Source: Zancudomyces culisetae HAW-14-8
Taxonomy: Eukaryota > Fungi > Kickxellomycota
Direction of reading: 5' to 3'
Length of the DNA: 64,000 nucleotides
Assembly (NCBI GenBank): GCA_052426225.1
Contig: JBNJNM010000013.1
Span: 1,364,001 to 1,428,000, forward strand
The first letter of the stretch is position 1; each line of letters starts with the position of its first letter. Positions 13,510 through 23,688 of this stretch are shown here, piece after piece. The notes beneath the pieces were generated by a model. That model ran no database searches and was not told where the DNA came from. It saw only the letters and a program-made list of their open reading frames with translations. A program made the translations under genes and the position numbers.

Positions 13510-14306
13510 ATGTGGGTAGTCAAAGATAAAACCACAAACAAGGTGCAAGTATTGGATACTGAGAAAGCCAAAGCGGCTTCCAAACCCAACACTAATAACA
13601 AAAATACACCAAATGCATCAAAACCAAAACCAAAACCAAAACCAAAAAATAACACAAAAGTAGAAAATAATGCAAAAGGAAAGGGAAAGGGAAACACAAA
13701 AGGTAAAGCAAACGCAGGGAAAAATGATACACCGGTCAGCTGGAAAAAACTCGAGATTCCCAAGGAACTAATTATAGATGATGAGGAAATGGGCGGAGTG
13801 TATGATATCGAAGTACTAGACGGCGATCTTTTTGATCAGTTAAAAGATACAGCAACCTTATCAAAAATTAGAAATAAGAAGAAAAACAAAGAGAAGGAGA
13901 AGGAGGAGAAAAGAAAGCAAAAAGAAAAGGCGGATATGAGTACTGAGGAACAGGAAGGAGGTGAGGATATAAATGAAAATGGTGAGAGTGATTTAGATTT
14001 AAATTCAGATCCAGATTCGGATTCGGATATAGAGGCTGGATCGGATTTGGAAATGGATTTGGATTGGAATGATTTTGTTCATGTAGATCATTTTGATGAA
14101 CAAAAAGCCAAGAGTGGTAAGCTTGAAAGTATTGGACATATGCTAGAGCAAACAGACTATGTTATCAGAACTAAAAATCAAACAAAAGCACAAGTACAAA
14201 AACAAGCAGATCTTGAAACCGAAACCGAAACCGAAACTAAAATTAAAACTATAACGAAAACGAAAAATGCAGGTCAGAAACGCAAGGCACCAGAAGAGGA
14301 AGAAGA

Positions 14307-14342
<36 letters not shown>

Positions 14343-16407
14343 GGGTTCAGTAAATGAAAAAACCAAAGGTAGTACCGCAAATGTATGTACTGAAGTATTG
14401 GATACAGAGTTGGTGGAGTGGAGAAAGTTGGGAGTTAACGAGCCAGACCTTTTGTTGGGGTTGAAGAGCAAAGGGTTCCTTGAACCAACAGAGATTCAGT
14501 CACAAAGCATTCCAATAATTCTGGGAGGGAGAAGTGTGATGGGAACGGCGTATACTGGGTCGGGAAAGACGTTGGCGTTTGGGCTTCCGATTCTTCAGCG
14601 CATGTTGGAAAATGGCGGCGGTGAGGACGATAGAATATCAGCACTGATACTTGTTCCAACTAGAGAGTTGGCGATTCAAGTGACAAAGCATCTGAACGAA
14701 GTATATATCATTGGCAACGAAAGCGGGTTAAAAAAAGGACGCAGAAAAATAATATCAATAGTGGGAGGTATGTCTATTCAAAAACAAACACGATTGTTGG
14801 ATTCTTCGAATTTGGGCATTGTTGTGGCAACCCCTGGTAGATTGTGGGAATTGTTGCAGCTTAACGACAAGTATGTGGAAATGTTGTCTAAAATTACAAC
14901 CTTGGTTATTGACGAAGCCGATCGAATGTTGGAGGCTGGGCATTTTAAAGAGTTGGCCAATGTGCTAAAGGCCGTGATTGTGAATAATAAAAACAACGGT
15001 GCTGGAGGCGATAAAGCAGAGCCAAGAAAAAGGAAATTGCAAAAGCTGTTATTTAGTGCTACTCTGGATTCTTTTGCAAATGCAAAGCTATCCGAATCCA
15101 ACAAAAACAAAAACAAAAACAAAAACAACAAGAGTAATGGAAATAGTTTGGAACTTCAAGTCATGAAAATGTTACAGTTTGATAATACAAAGACATTTAC
15201 TACTATAAACACTACTCATTCTGCAAATAACCTCAGTTCTGAACAACTAGACAGTACCCAAAAGGATTCTGGCACCAAGAACCCCAAAATCAAAGAGTTT
15301 CGCATCAACTGTATGGAAAAGGACAAGGAAGCGTACCTATACATGTTTTTATCTTCGGTAATGTCACGTGGTCAGAACTATGATTTCGGTGCTAACATAA
15401 ATATAAATACAGTTACAAGTACAAGTACAAGTACAAGTATTGATGGTGATACAAATGAAAATGGTGATAAAATTGAAAAGCAGAAAAAACGTAAACCAAC
15501 AAAGACATTGGTATTTGTAAATAGTATCAGTTCGGTTAGACGGCTAGTTCCTATTCTTTCATTGTTAAACATCAAAGCATACCCACTACACGCGCAAATG
15601 CAGCAAAGACAGCGGTTGAAGAATCTTGATAGATTTAGAACCAACAATGTCAAAAGCAACAACAACAACAGTGAAGGTGAGGATGAAGGTGAGGACGTTG
15701 TATTGGTGGCATCAGATGTGGCTGCTCGTGGGTTAGATGTAATAGAAATCGATAATGTGGTACATTACCATGTTCCAAAACATGCAGATTTGTATATTCA
15801 CAGATCAGGTCGTACAGGCCGTTCTCACAATTCCGATACTGTTGGTCGGGTGGTGATCTTTGTTACTCCACAAGAACAGTCAAATTACAAAAAACTATGT
15901 ACAACTCTTGGAATGACAAACAATAAAGAAAGCACTGGTATTGAGATTCCAAAATATTCAAGTAGTACCTTTAGCTTTAACCTGGTTGACAAGTACAAGG
16001 AAATTGTTAATGTCGCAATGGAAATTGACAAGGTGCAACATGCAAGGACAAAGCAAACTTTCGAGGCCAACTGGTACCACCAAAACGCCAATCAAATGGA
16101 TATCGAACTAGACCCCCAATTTGTCGGCCATAATGCTGGTAACTTCAATGATGATGATGATGATGATGATTCTTGTCTTGTCTTTTCAAGTAATGGAAAA
16201 GCCACAAAAAAGAGCAAGAATAACAACAACAACAACAACAAGGACAAGAATAAAAACAAAAATAAAAATACTAGTAGTGGTTTTGATCCACAAACTGATG
16301 CCAAGCTCCAGAATTTGAAATCAAAACTGTCGCTTTTACTTTCCAAACCTATCTTGCCTCCAGGCTTTTTATCTAAATATATTACTAGTGGAAGATCAGT
16401 TTTGTAA
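13510..16407 (+). CDS. MAK5: ATP-dependent DEAD-box RNA helicase MAK5/DDX24
   Basis: Q-motif GFLEPTEIQ, TGSGKT, PTRELA, VGGMSIQKQ, ATPGRLW, IDEADRM, GHFKEL, FSAT, LHAQMQQRQRLKNLDRF, SDVAARGLD, YIHRSGRTGR. GHFKEL and QRLKNLDRF are DDX24/MAK5-typical. Confidence 0.93.
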
Positions 16408-16569
16408 ATATTCCCAAATTTCTTTTTATCAACCAACTTTTATTACTATCACTATCACTATCACCATCACTATTACTATTACTGTTTTTATCATTTATTT
16501 ATTTGGGATACTCTACCAATTATATACCAAGAGTCTATTTAAATAAACAAATCATTTAATTTATGCTAC

Positions 16570-16667
16570 CTTTTCTTTTTTTTTTTTTTTTTTGCAGAGT
16601 GATTCTAGTAAATAAAAATTTGAATTAACTAGAATCACTATGCAAGAAAAAAAGAAAGAAAAAAAAG
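16570..16667. repeat. Inverted repeat / long hairpin between MAK5 and SEC8
   Basis: ttgcagagtgattctagt (16592-16609) pairs with actagaatcactatgcaa (16628-16645), 17/18 matches, and the pairing is extended by a flanking poly-T tract and a poly-A/G tract. Confidence 0.8.
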
Positions 16668-16852
16668 TCAGTCGGTTAATGGTTGGTTGGTTGGTTGGGT
16701 GAATAGTGAGAATAAATGTGAAAAGGGGGGAGAGAGAGAGGGTTGTGCGGAGTTTTGTTGAAATAAAAATTAAAATATATCGTTTATTGTAACATTAAAT
16801 AAAAGTAAAAGTAAAAGTAAAAGTAAAAATAAATAAAAAGTATAAAGAAATA

Positions 16853-19800
16853 ATGGAGAAATATTCAGAGAGTCGAAAAGAAACCGTGCTTGGCAGGGCA
16901 GAGGATGCAATCAAAACAATCAAGCGCGACTGGGCCATAGTGAAGACGGACACGTTCAATCCCGTAACAGCAGCACTACAAATGCTGGATACCAGTTCGC
17001 TGGGCAAGAGCCATGACACGTTCCAGATCTACCATAAGCGGCTAAATGCGACGCTGGAGGGTATTGCGGATGAGTACTATGGAGGGTTCAACAATTCGAT
17101 TCTTACATTTAGCGGGCTACATGGACGGATTAGTAAAGCGAGCAGCCTGGTAAAACGGACAAAGGGGAATTTGGAGCAGGCCAAGAGTATGTTGACGGAG
17201 CAGCGGAAGGGGCTGGACCAGCTGTATGCCAAGAGCAAGCAGCTGGGAGAGTTGGTGAACCTGCTGAATCGAATCACAGAAGTATCCAAACTTCCGGGGG
17301 AAATCGAGGCGAATATCTCGAAAAAGAAGTTTTTGATGGGTGCCAGTCAGTTGGTGCAGGCCAGTACGTTTTTGTTTGATCCAGAACTTGTGCCAATTGA
17401 GGGGTTGAGTGGGTTGCGACAAATGATAGAAACGGAAAAAGAAAAGGCAGCGGAAATTATGATTGAAGAATTACATAAACATGTATATTTGAAATCGCCA
17501 TATTGTGAACGAAAAGGAAGTATTTTGGAAATGAATAAAGGAGGTAGTGGTGGTGGTGGTAGTGGGCAGGGTAAAGGAGGATTTAGTACCGGAGCAAATG
17601 CAAATAGTAATGGAAATGATAATGGAAACGAGCCAACAAGTGAAGAAAACCCAGAGGTGGATAGTTTGGCATATGTAGAAATGATAATGGAAAGTTTATT
17701 GATACTGGACAAGGCTAGTGAAGCAGTTGACGAGATTAACAACCGGGTTAGATGGGAGGTAGCCAAATTGGTAGACAATGTAGTTACACAAGTACAAGAC
17801 CGAATGAAACTTTTGGAAAACTATGAAAGTAATGGAATCGATATTGACAATGAATATTTAAACACAAACACAAACACAAACACAAAAATAAATAATAATA
17901 GTAGTAATAGTTTGTATAAACTACAAAAAGAACAAGCACAACAACAAGTGAGTAAATTTATGATTGTAAGTAAGAGAGAAGCAGAAATAATGGTGGATTT
18001 TGAACGGACATTATTTTCAACACTGCAGAGTGTGGTAGAATACCATGAGTTTTTAGCTCAAGTAATAAGTAACATGAATAAAAGAGAACAGTATTCGGCA
18101 GCAGCGGCAGGGGTTAGAGGAGGAATGGGAATGGGAGTGGGAATGGGAGTGGGAGGAGGAAGGGGTTCGATTGGAGGAGGAAGGAGTTCAATTGGAGGAG
18201 GGATAGAGTCAGGAGGAATAGGAGGATATTACAAACCTAAAAAGATAAAACTGTATAGTCTGGATAAACTTTGGATAGCAATACAACAAAAAATCAACAA
18301 TATTTTGACAGATTATTTGATTCCACAAGATGAAAATGGAGGGGATTTACTTGGGCGAAAACAGAGTAGAGAAGAAGAAGGTGGTGGAGGAGGAGCAGGA
18401 GGAGGAGGAGGAGCAGGGGATGGATTGGTGTATATTAAGAACAATTTAGCAAGTAGTCAACTGGGAAAGGAAAAGTATCGACGAGTTAAAGAGCGATATT
18501 TGGGAATGATAGAAGCGAATAAAGGAAGCAAAACAAGTAGCAAGACAGTTAGAGGATCAAGAGTGTTGAAGGGACAAGTTTTGGGAATGGGTGAAGAAAT
18601 AAAGAGACGGGTAGTGGATGTGGCGGCAGTAGATCAGTACCTAGAACAAGATAAATCGATTGAAGAATTGGTGTTGGTGCAGCCAAGCATAGAATTGGCG
18701 CCAATCTTGTTTTTGGCAGCAGTTAGGTTTGTTGCAGACATATCCTCCAAAATGGACCAAGAGGAAAACAATGGCGAGAACAGACTCAAGTTACAAGAAA
18801 AAGTACAAGAAAGGGACAGAGTCAAACTCAAAGTCAAAGGCAAACCAATGAGCAAATACGGTGTGTTTCTACAACAGTTTTACCAGCAGGTTTTGATACC
18901 AGAAGCCGAACGACAAACGATGCAGAGATTTTACCGCGAGCTTGGGCGAGACGATGCATTTGTGACAGCGAGTTATAAGGAGATTGGGAGTGTGGTGTTT
19001 TCAGGAGGGATGAATGTGGTTCCAATTGTTGGAGAGTACGAAGAAATGATGCAAAAGCTGGCGGTTAATAGCGTGATGGTGGTGGGTTCGGATATTGGAG
19101 TGGATGAGGCCTTGAGGTGGAGTGTATTGGTAGATACTAGTAAGCATTACTATGAACGCTGTTTGTTGAAGTTTCAAGATGTTGTCAGTGTTTCTTCAGC
19201 TAATACTACTAGTTCAACATTGTCTGAAATGGGAATTGGTGGTGGCAATGGTGGAGGAGGTTTGGATTTATCTGAGGATTATTCTGGTAATAGTAACAGC
19301 AGTGGCAAAGGTGGTGAGGATGTTGGTGAAGACAAGAAATATACTAGTGCAATTTGGGCACTTTCCAGTAATGAATTGGTATCGTTAATTGAAACATACA
19401 TTTCCATAATAATATCAGAATCCAATTCTAATCCAAACACTAGCTCGAACATTAAACATAACACTAATTCTAAAGCTGATAAAATGCAAAACAATTCCAT
19501 GCTAAATATACAAAAAGAAATTGCAATAATCATGAAACTGAAAACCGAACGGAGTTTGTTTGTAGGAGAACTGTTGTTCAACAACAAAAAAATGATGTTT
19601 TTGGCACAGCTATACCAGACGCTTCAGTATACAGGCGGCAGGTTTGCAGGGTTTGCGAATAAGCGGAATGTGTATGAACGAGATTATGCAATTGGCCATG
19701 AAGCATCCATCCAAGAAAGCAAACTACAGGTTGATAATATAGTTGGCAAATATGCCGAGTTGGGAAAACGAATTCTGTTGGTGCTGCGGTTGGAGATTAT

Positions 19801-20452
19801 CCTGCATGTAGTGTATTACCTGGATTTGGCAACCCGCGAAGGCAACTACAACGATACGTCGATTGATCAGTATATCCAGATCCTCAACAATGACCTGGCA
19901 GGCATCGAAGAACGACTACAACCGATCCTGAAAACCCCAATTCCAATTACAACTCCAATTACAACCTCAACCTCAACCTCAACCTCAACCTCAACTACAA
20001 CTACAACTACAATTCCAACTACAACTAAAAGTACAAGTACAACTTTAACATCATTATTTGGAGCTGGCAGCAGTGCGACAGCAGTAGATGGACTAGGATA
20101 CAATGTAATCTTTGGCGGACTATCAGCAATCATGGCCCACTTTCTCATTTACAACAGCAGACATCTAAAGAAATACTCGGCTGATGGAAACAAGAAAATG
20201 CAGCGCAATATTTTGGCACTCCAGCAAAACCTCACCAGTATTGGCCTGCTGGATTCTGCCGATGGGTTGGATCGAGCCATGACGTTTTACATTCTTTATG
20301 ACCGTGGCATAGATGGAATCATCTCCCACATCAACCAAAACGGCCTCATCTTTGGCCGCGATGATTACCGTCGTTTGGTTGATTTGTATGTTCGAAACAA
20401 TTCTGCAAACAAAGCTAGTTTGGATTTATTAAACTCTTTATTAACCAAATAA
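16853..20452 (+). CDS. SEC8: Exocyst complex component Sec8 (EXOC4)
   Basis: N-terminal FNPVTAALQMLDTSSLG, YYGGFNNSI, EELHKHVYLKSPY, ENPEVDSLAYVEMIMESL and C-terminal KKMQRNILALQQNL are Sec8-like. Low-complexity insertions lengthen it to 1199 aa. Confidence 0.92.
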   Translation: MEKYSESRKETVLGRAEDAIKTIKRDWAIVKTDTFNPVTAALQMLDTSSLGKSHDTFQIYHKRLNATLEGIADEYYGGFNNSILTFSGLHGRISKASSLVKRTKGNLEQAKSMLTEQRKGLDQLYAKSKQLGELVNLLNRITEVSKLPGEIEANISKKKFLMGASQLVQASTFLFDPELVPIEGLSGLRQMIETEKEKAAEIMIEELHKHVYLKSPYCERKGSILEMNKGGSGGGGSGQGKGGFSTGANANSNGNDNGNEPTSEENPEVDSLAYVEMIMESLLILDKASEAVDEINNRVRWEVAKLVDNVVTQVQDRMKLLENYESNGIDIDNEYLNTNTNTNTKINNNSSNSLYKLQKEQAQQQVSKFMIVSKREAEIMVDFERTLFSTLQSVVEYHEFLAQVISNMNKREQYSAAAAGVRGGMGMGVGMGVGGGRGSIGGGRSSIGGGIESGGIGGYYKPKKIKLYSLDKLWIAIQQKINNILTDYLIPQDENGGDLLGRKQSREEEGGGGGAGGGGGAGDGLVYIKNNLASSQLGKEKYRRVKERYLGMIEANKGSKTSSKTVRGSRVLKGQVLGMGEEIKRRVVDVAAVDQYLEQDKSIEELVLVQPSIELAPILFLAAVRFVADISSKMDQEENNGENRLKLQEKVQERDRVKLKVKGKPMSKYGVFLQQFYQQVLIPEAERQTMQRFYRELGRDDAFVTASYKEIGSVVFSGGMNVVPIVGEYEEMMQKLAVNSVMVVGSDIGVDEALRWSVLVDTSKHYYERCLLKFQDVVSVSSANTTSSTLSEMGIGGGNGGGGLDLSEDYSGNSNSSGKGGEDVGEDKKYTSAIWALSSNELVSLIETYISIIISESNSNPNTSSNIKHNTNSKADKMQNNSMLNIQKEIAIIMKLKTERSLFVGELLFNNKKMMFLAQLYQTLQYTGGRFAGFANKRNVYERDYAIGHEASIQESKLQVDNIVGKYAELGKRILLVLRLEIILHVVYYLDLATREGNYNDTSIDQYIQILNNDLAGIEERLQPILKTPIPITTPITTSTSTSTSTSTTTTTTIPTTTKSTSTTLTSLFGAGSSATAVDGLGYNVIFGGLSAIMAHFLIYNSRHLKKYSADGNKKMQRNILALQQNLTSIGLLDSADGLDRAMTFYILYDRGIDGIISHINQNGLIFGRDDYRRLVDLYVRNNSANKASLDLLNSLLTK

Positions 20453-20511
20453 AAGACTCTTTTCCTTTTCCTTTTATTTATTTATTAACTAATATAATAA
20501 AACTAAATTAA

Positions 20512-22176
20512 TTATAATTCTTCATCTTGTCCAACCTTATAAATCCTCAATGCATTCTTGTTAGGCTCTCTCAACAACACATACTTGCCATCATCCAACG
20601 ACTCCAAACACAAATCGACCATCGCCTTGACTATCCCCCACGAATTGTGGATGTTGATTCCCACCTGCGACAACAAATCGTGTGGCCGCAACGTCTGCAT
20701 CCCCACCAACGCATGGTGGTGTCGATCACGTGGACTCTGTCGCACCACAAATCCCACCTTCATTGTTTGCGCCCCCGCCAAGATTGCCTCTGCTGCCCAC
20801 CGGCCCAGCTTGACCGCATTGTTCTTCAGCTCTGTAGCCACCACAGCTCCTCGCTGCGAATCCAGCCGTGTTCGCCAGTCCAACGCTCCTCCAGCACGTG
20901 GATCGTACTGGTTCAGTGCTCGCACTGCCACCCGCTTGCTGCTGTCGCCCTCAACCACCGCATCGATCCGTGCTCGTACTGCCAGCAAACATGTCTTTCC
21001 GGTCTGGTGCTGTTCGCTTTCTGAATCGCTTCCTCCTTCGTACGCTGCCAAGTTGTAGATTCGGTACACGTATGCTCCCTCATCATTGCCACTGCCTTCC
21101 TCCTCGTTGTTGGCCTGGTCGTTAAATGGATTGTTGTGCTCCAGCTCTACCTCTGTCTCGCTTCCTGATCCTGTTGCCATCGCTGCAAATCGGCTGTTGA
21201 TATCAACTGCTTCGTTTGCTAACATTCCTGCCGAATTGATGTTTGTGTTTGTGTCGTCTTCATACACTGGTGCTTCCGCTGCGTTTTCGTTAACCGAATA
21301 GAAATCCAGTGGTCCTCCATTTCGCTTATCCAAAAACAGCTGGTTGCCTGTCTTGTGTATCACTATATCCCATGGATACACTGACCGCATCAATGTCATC
21401 AATGCTGCCAACACATCTTCTGTCGCAAACACCGTTGCTACACCGTCTGCTGCCATCTGCTGCATCACTGGATCGTCGCTAGCCGCTACACTGTATCTCA
21501 CCTTGCCGCGTCGTCCCAATACCCGCTCCTCCTTGGTGCGTAGTCGGTCCAATCCTGTGTCGAAGTTTGCTACCCGCCCATATGTTCCTACCTCTTGCTC
21601 CACCTCTGCCTCGTTGAAACTCAACCGCCCTAGTCGTCCAAATTCAATTTCCTGCACCACCTTCCAATCTTTTCTTACCTCAACTGACGCAACCCGCTCG
21701 CTACGTCCAACCTCTCGCCATCCTCCTCTTCTTCTTCCCATTCCTCCCCCTGCTCCCCTACCTAGCCTTTGCATTCCTCTTCGCTCCACTCGGCCGTATC
21801 CTCCTCTTCCTCTTCCTCTTCCTCCTCCTCTTCCACCTCCACCTCCTACCACTACTCCCAATCGTCGAACTCCTCCATCTACCACCGAGAATGTTGACTC
21901 CTCCTCCACCTGCGCATATGCAAACGTCGATGCTGCGGCACTACCGTAGTTTTGGTGTGTCTGGTATCCATCTCGCTTGCCTCCTTTGCCTCTTCCTCCC
22001 GGTGCTTGAGACTGTCCTCCTGTGCTGCCCCATTCTGCTGCCCGTGTAACCCGGTCGTTCTTTGAGTATGGCACATACGGAATCTTACACACCTCCAGCT
22101 CTACTCCCTCCGGTGGTCCCCATCCATTGATGTTTTCAAAAATCTTGGGTAATACAAATCTTGGTAATTCTGACAT
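20512..22176 (-). CDS. EIF3D: Eukaryotic translation initiation factor 3 subunit D
   Basis: Likely start MSELPRF at 22176, since the upstream ORF extension is A-tract noise. Motifs GWGP, PYVPYSKND, RSVYPWDIVI, FLDKR, VNENA, LDWRTRLDSQRGAVVATELKNN, GKYVLLREPNK. Confidence 0.95.
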   Translation of the reverse strand: MSELPRFVLPKIFENINGWGPPEGVELEVCKIPYVPYSKNDRVTRAAEWGSTGGQSQAPGGRGKGGKRDGYQTHQNYGSAAASTFAYAQVEEESTFSVVDGGVRRLGVVVGGGGGRGGGRGRGRGGYGRVERRGMQRLGRGAGGGMGRRRGGWREVGRSERVASVEVRKDWKVVQEIEFGRLGRLSFNEAEVEQEVGTYGRVANFDTGLDRLRTKEERVLGRRGKVRYSVAASDDPVMQQMAADGVATVFATEDVLAALMTLMRSVYPWDIVIHKTGNQLFLDKRNGGPLDFYSVNENAAEAPVYEDDTNTNINSAGMLANEAVDINSRFAAMATGSGSETEVELEHNNPFNDQANNEEEGSGNDEGAYVYRIYNLAAYEGGSDSESEQHQTGKTCLLAVRARIDAVVEGDSSKRVAVRALNQYDPRAGGALDWRTRLDSQRGAVVATELKNNAVKLGRWAAEAILAGAQTMKVGFVVRQSPRDRHHHALVGMQTLRPHDLLSQVGINIHNSWGIVKAMVDLCLESLDDGKYVLLREPNKNALRIYKVGQDEEL

Positions 22177-22665
22177 TTTTCCGTCGTGCTTTTTTTTGCT
22201 TTTTTTGTTTACCCTTTGTTCTTCCCTTGTTTTATTTCCTATTTCTCCTTTCTCCCTTGTATTTTTTTTATTTTTTTTTTCTTTACCAAATTTTAAAAAA
22301 AAAATTTTTTTTTCCAACATTATTATCACCCTCTCCTCTCACTAATTTTTTCTTTATATCTCATTAAATGAAATTATAAAGCAAATCAAATTTATTTATT
22401 ACAAACTCTCCAAAAAAAAAAAAATCCCCCCTCTAAGTTGCCCTGAGATTTCCCCCACCTCGTTTGGGTTTCCCTCCGCACCCATTCTCCCATACCGCCA
22501 CCCCGAAAAATCTCTTCCAAAACTCTTCTTTTCTCCCTCTCTTTCTCTTTCTCTTTCTCTTTGGGTAGGAAGAATGTCCTAAAAACAAAGATTAAAGTAA
22601 AAAACACTATAATAAATCATTAATTAATCAAAAAATAAAAAAGTTCATCAATCAAGGCAAGGTGT

Positions 22666-23688
22666 TTATTTCAAAAGCTTGGCATACTCTACTGCGATAT
22701 TCGCTCCAACCTTTGCATTGTTCTTGATCAACGCAATATTTGAAGACAATGTCTTGCCACCTGTCAGCTCAACCAAGCGCTGCAACAAAAATGGCGTTGA
22801 CTCCTTTCCGCTCAGTATTCCATTCTCCTCCGCCTCGTCAATAGCCAACCCCACAAACTCCTCGATTTCTGCTCCTGAAAACATCTGCTCATGTTCTGGA
22901 ATTGGGACGGCGAATACCATTCCAATGTTGGATTTTAACTGCTTGCGCTGCGCATGTATCATCCGTGCTGCTCCTCCATACGTCTCTACGTTCCAGGGAC
23001 TCGCTATCTTGTCGTGAGTTGTTGTTGTAAAGAACGCAGGGAAGTGTCGCTCCGATCCAAACGTAATTACTGGAACGCCAAGTGTCTCCAAATGCTCCAG
23101 AGTACGTGGAATGTCGAGTATTGACTTGGCCCCTCCACAAACAACACTCACGGGTGTGCGTCCAAGCTCGGTAAGATCTGGACTGATATCATGTGTGTTC
23201 TGCACTCCCCGATGCACACCCCCAATTCCTCCTGTCACAAACACCTCAATTCCCGCAAGCTTCGCTGCTATCATCGTCCCGCTCACCGTTGTCGCTCCCA
23301 GCACTGGATCATGTTGCTGCTGCTTGCTCAGCAACACTGCCAAATCTCGTGTTGATGCCTTCACCGCCTTTCGCCCCGTCTTTGCCAATCGCTCCAAGTC
23401 TCCACGTGAAAGTCCCACACATATTTTGCCATCCATCAACGCTACTGTCGCTGGGACAGCATGGTTCTTGCGTATCACCTCCTCTACCGCGATCGCTGTC
23501 TCCAAGTTTTGTGGATACGGCATTCCATGGCTGATTATTGTTGATTCAAGCGCAACCACTGGTTCATTATTTGCCAACGCTTCTTTTACTGCCGGACTAA
23601 CTCTTACCAGACTTGAAAGCCCTCTAGTTCCAACTACTTTTTTCCCGGCAACAATACGTCCGATACCCAATGCTCTTTTCCCAATCAT
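22666..23688 (-). CDS. psuG: Pseudouridine-5'-phosphate glycosidase (PsuG/IndA family), stand-alone
   Basis: PVVALESTIISHGMPYPQN, GATTVSGTM, FVTGGIGGVHRG, DISPDLTEL, VCGGAKSILDIPRTLEHLETLGVPV, GKESTPFLL, SNIALIKNNA. The basic N-terminal extension resembles a mitochondrial presequence. Confidence 0.95.
   Translation of the reverse strand: MIGKRALGIGRIVAGKKVVGTRGLSSLVRVSPAVKEALANNEPVVALESTIISHGMPYPQNLETAIAVEEVIRKNHAVPATVALMDGKICVGLSRGDLERLAKTGRKAVKASTRDLAVLLSKQQQHDPVLGATTVSGTMIAAKLAGIEVFVTGGIGGVHRGVQNTHDISPDLTELGRTPVSVVCGGAKSILDIPRTLEHLETLGVPVITFGSERHFPAFFTTTTHDKIASPWNVETYGGAARMIHAQRKQLKSNIGMVFAVPIPEHEQMFSGAEIEEFVGLAIDEAEENGILSGKESTPFLLQRLVELTGGKTLSSNIALIKNNAKVGANIAVEYAKLLK

Noticed and set aside
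22177-22329. N-terminal 51 aa of the 605-aa eIF3d ORF
   Set aside because: A-tract-derived K/N-rich sequence upstream of the conserved MSELPRF start.
22666-22690. Peroxisomal PTS1 on PsuG (AKL)
   Set aside because: AKL is followed by LK before the stop, so it is not C-terminal.
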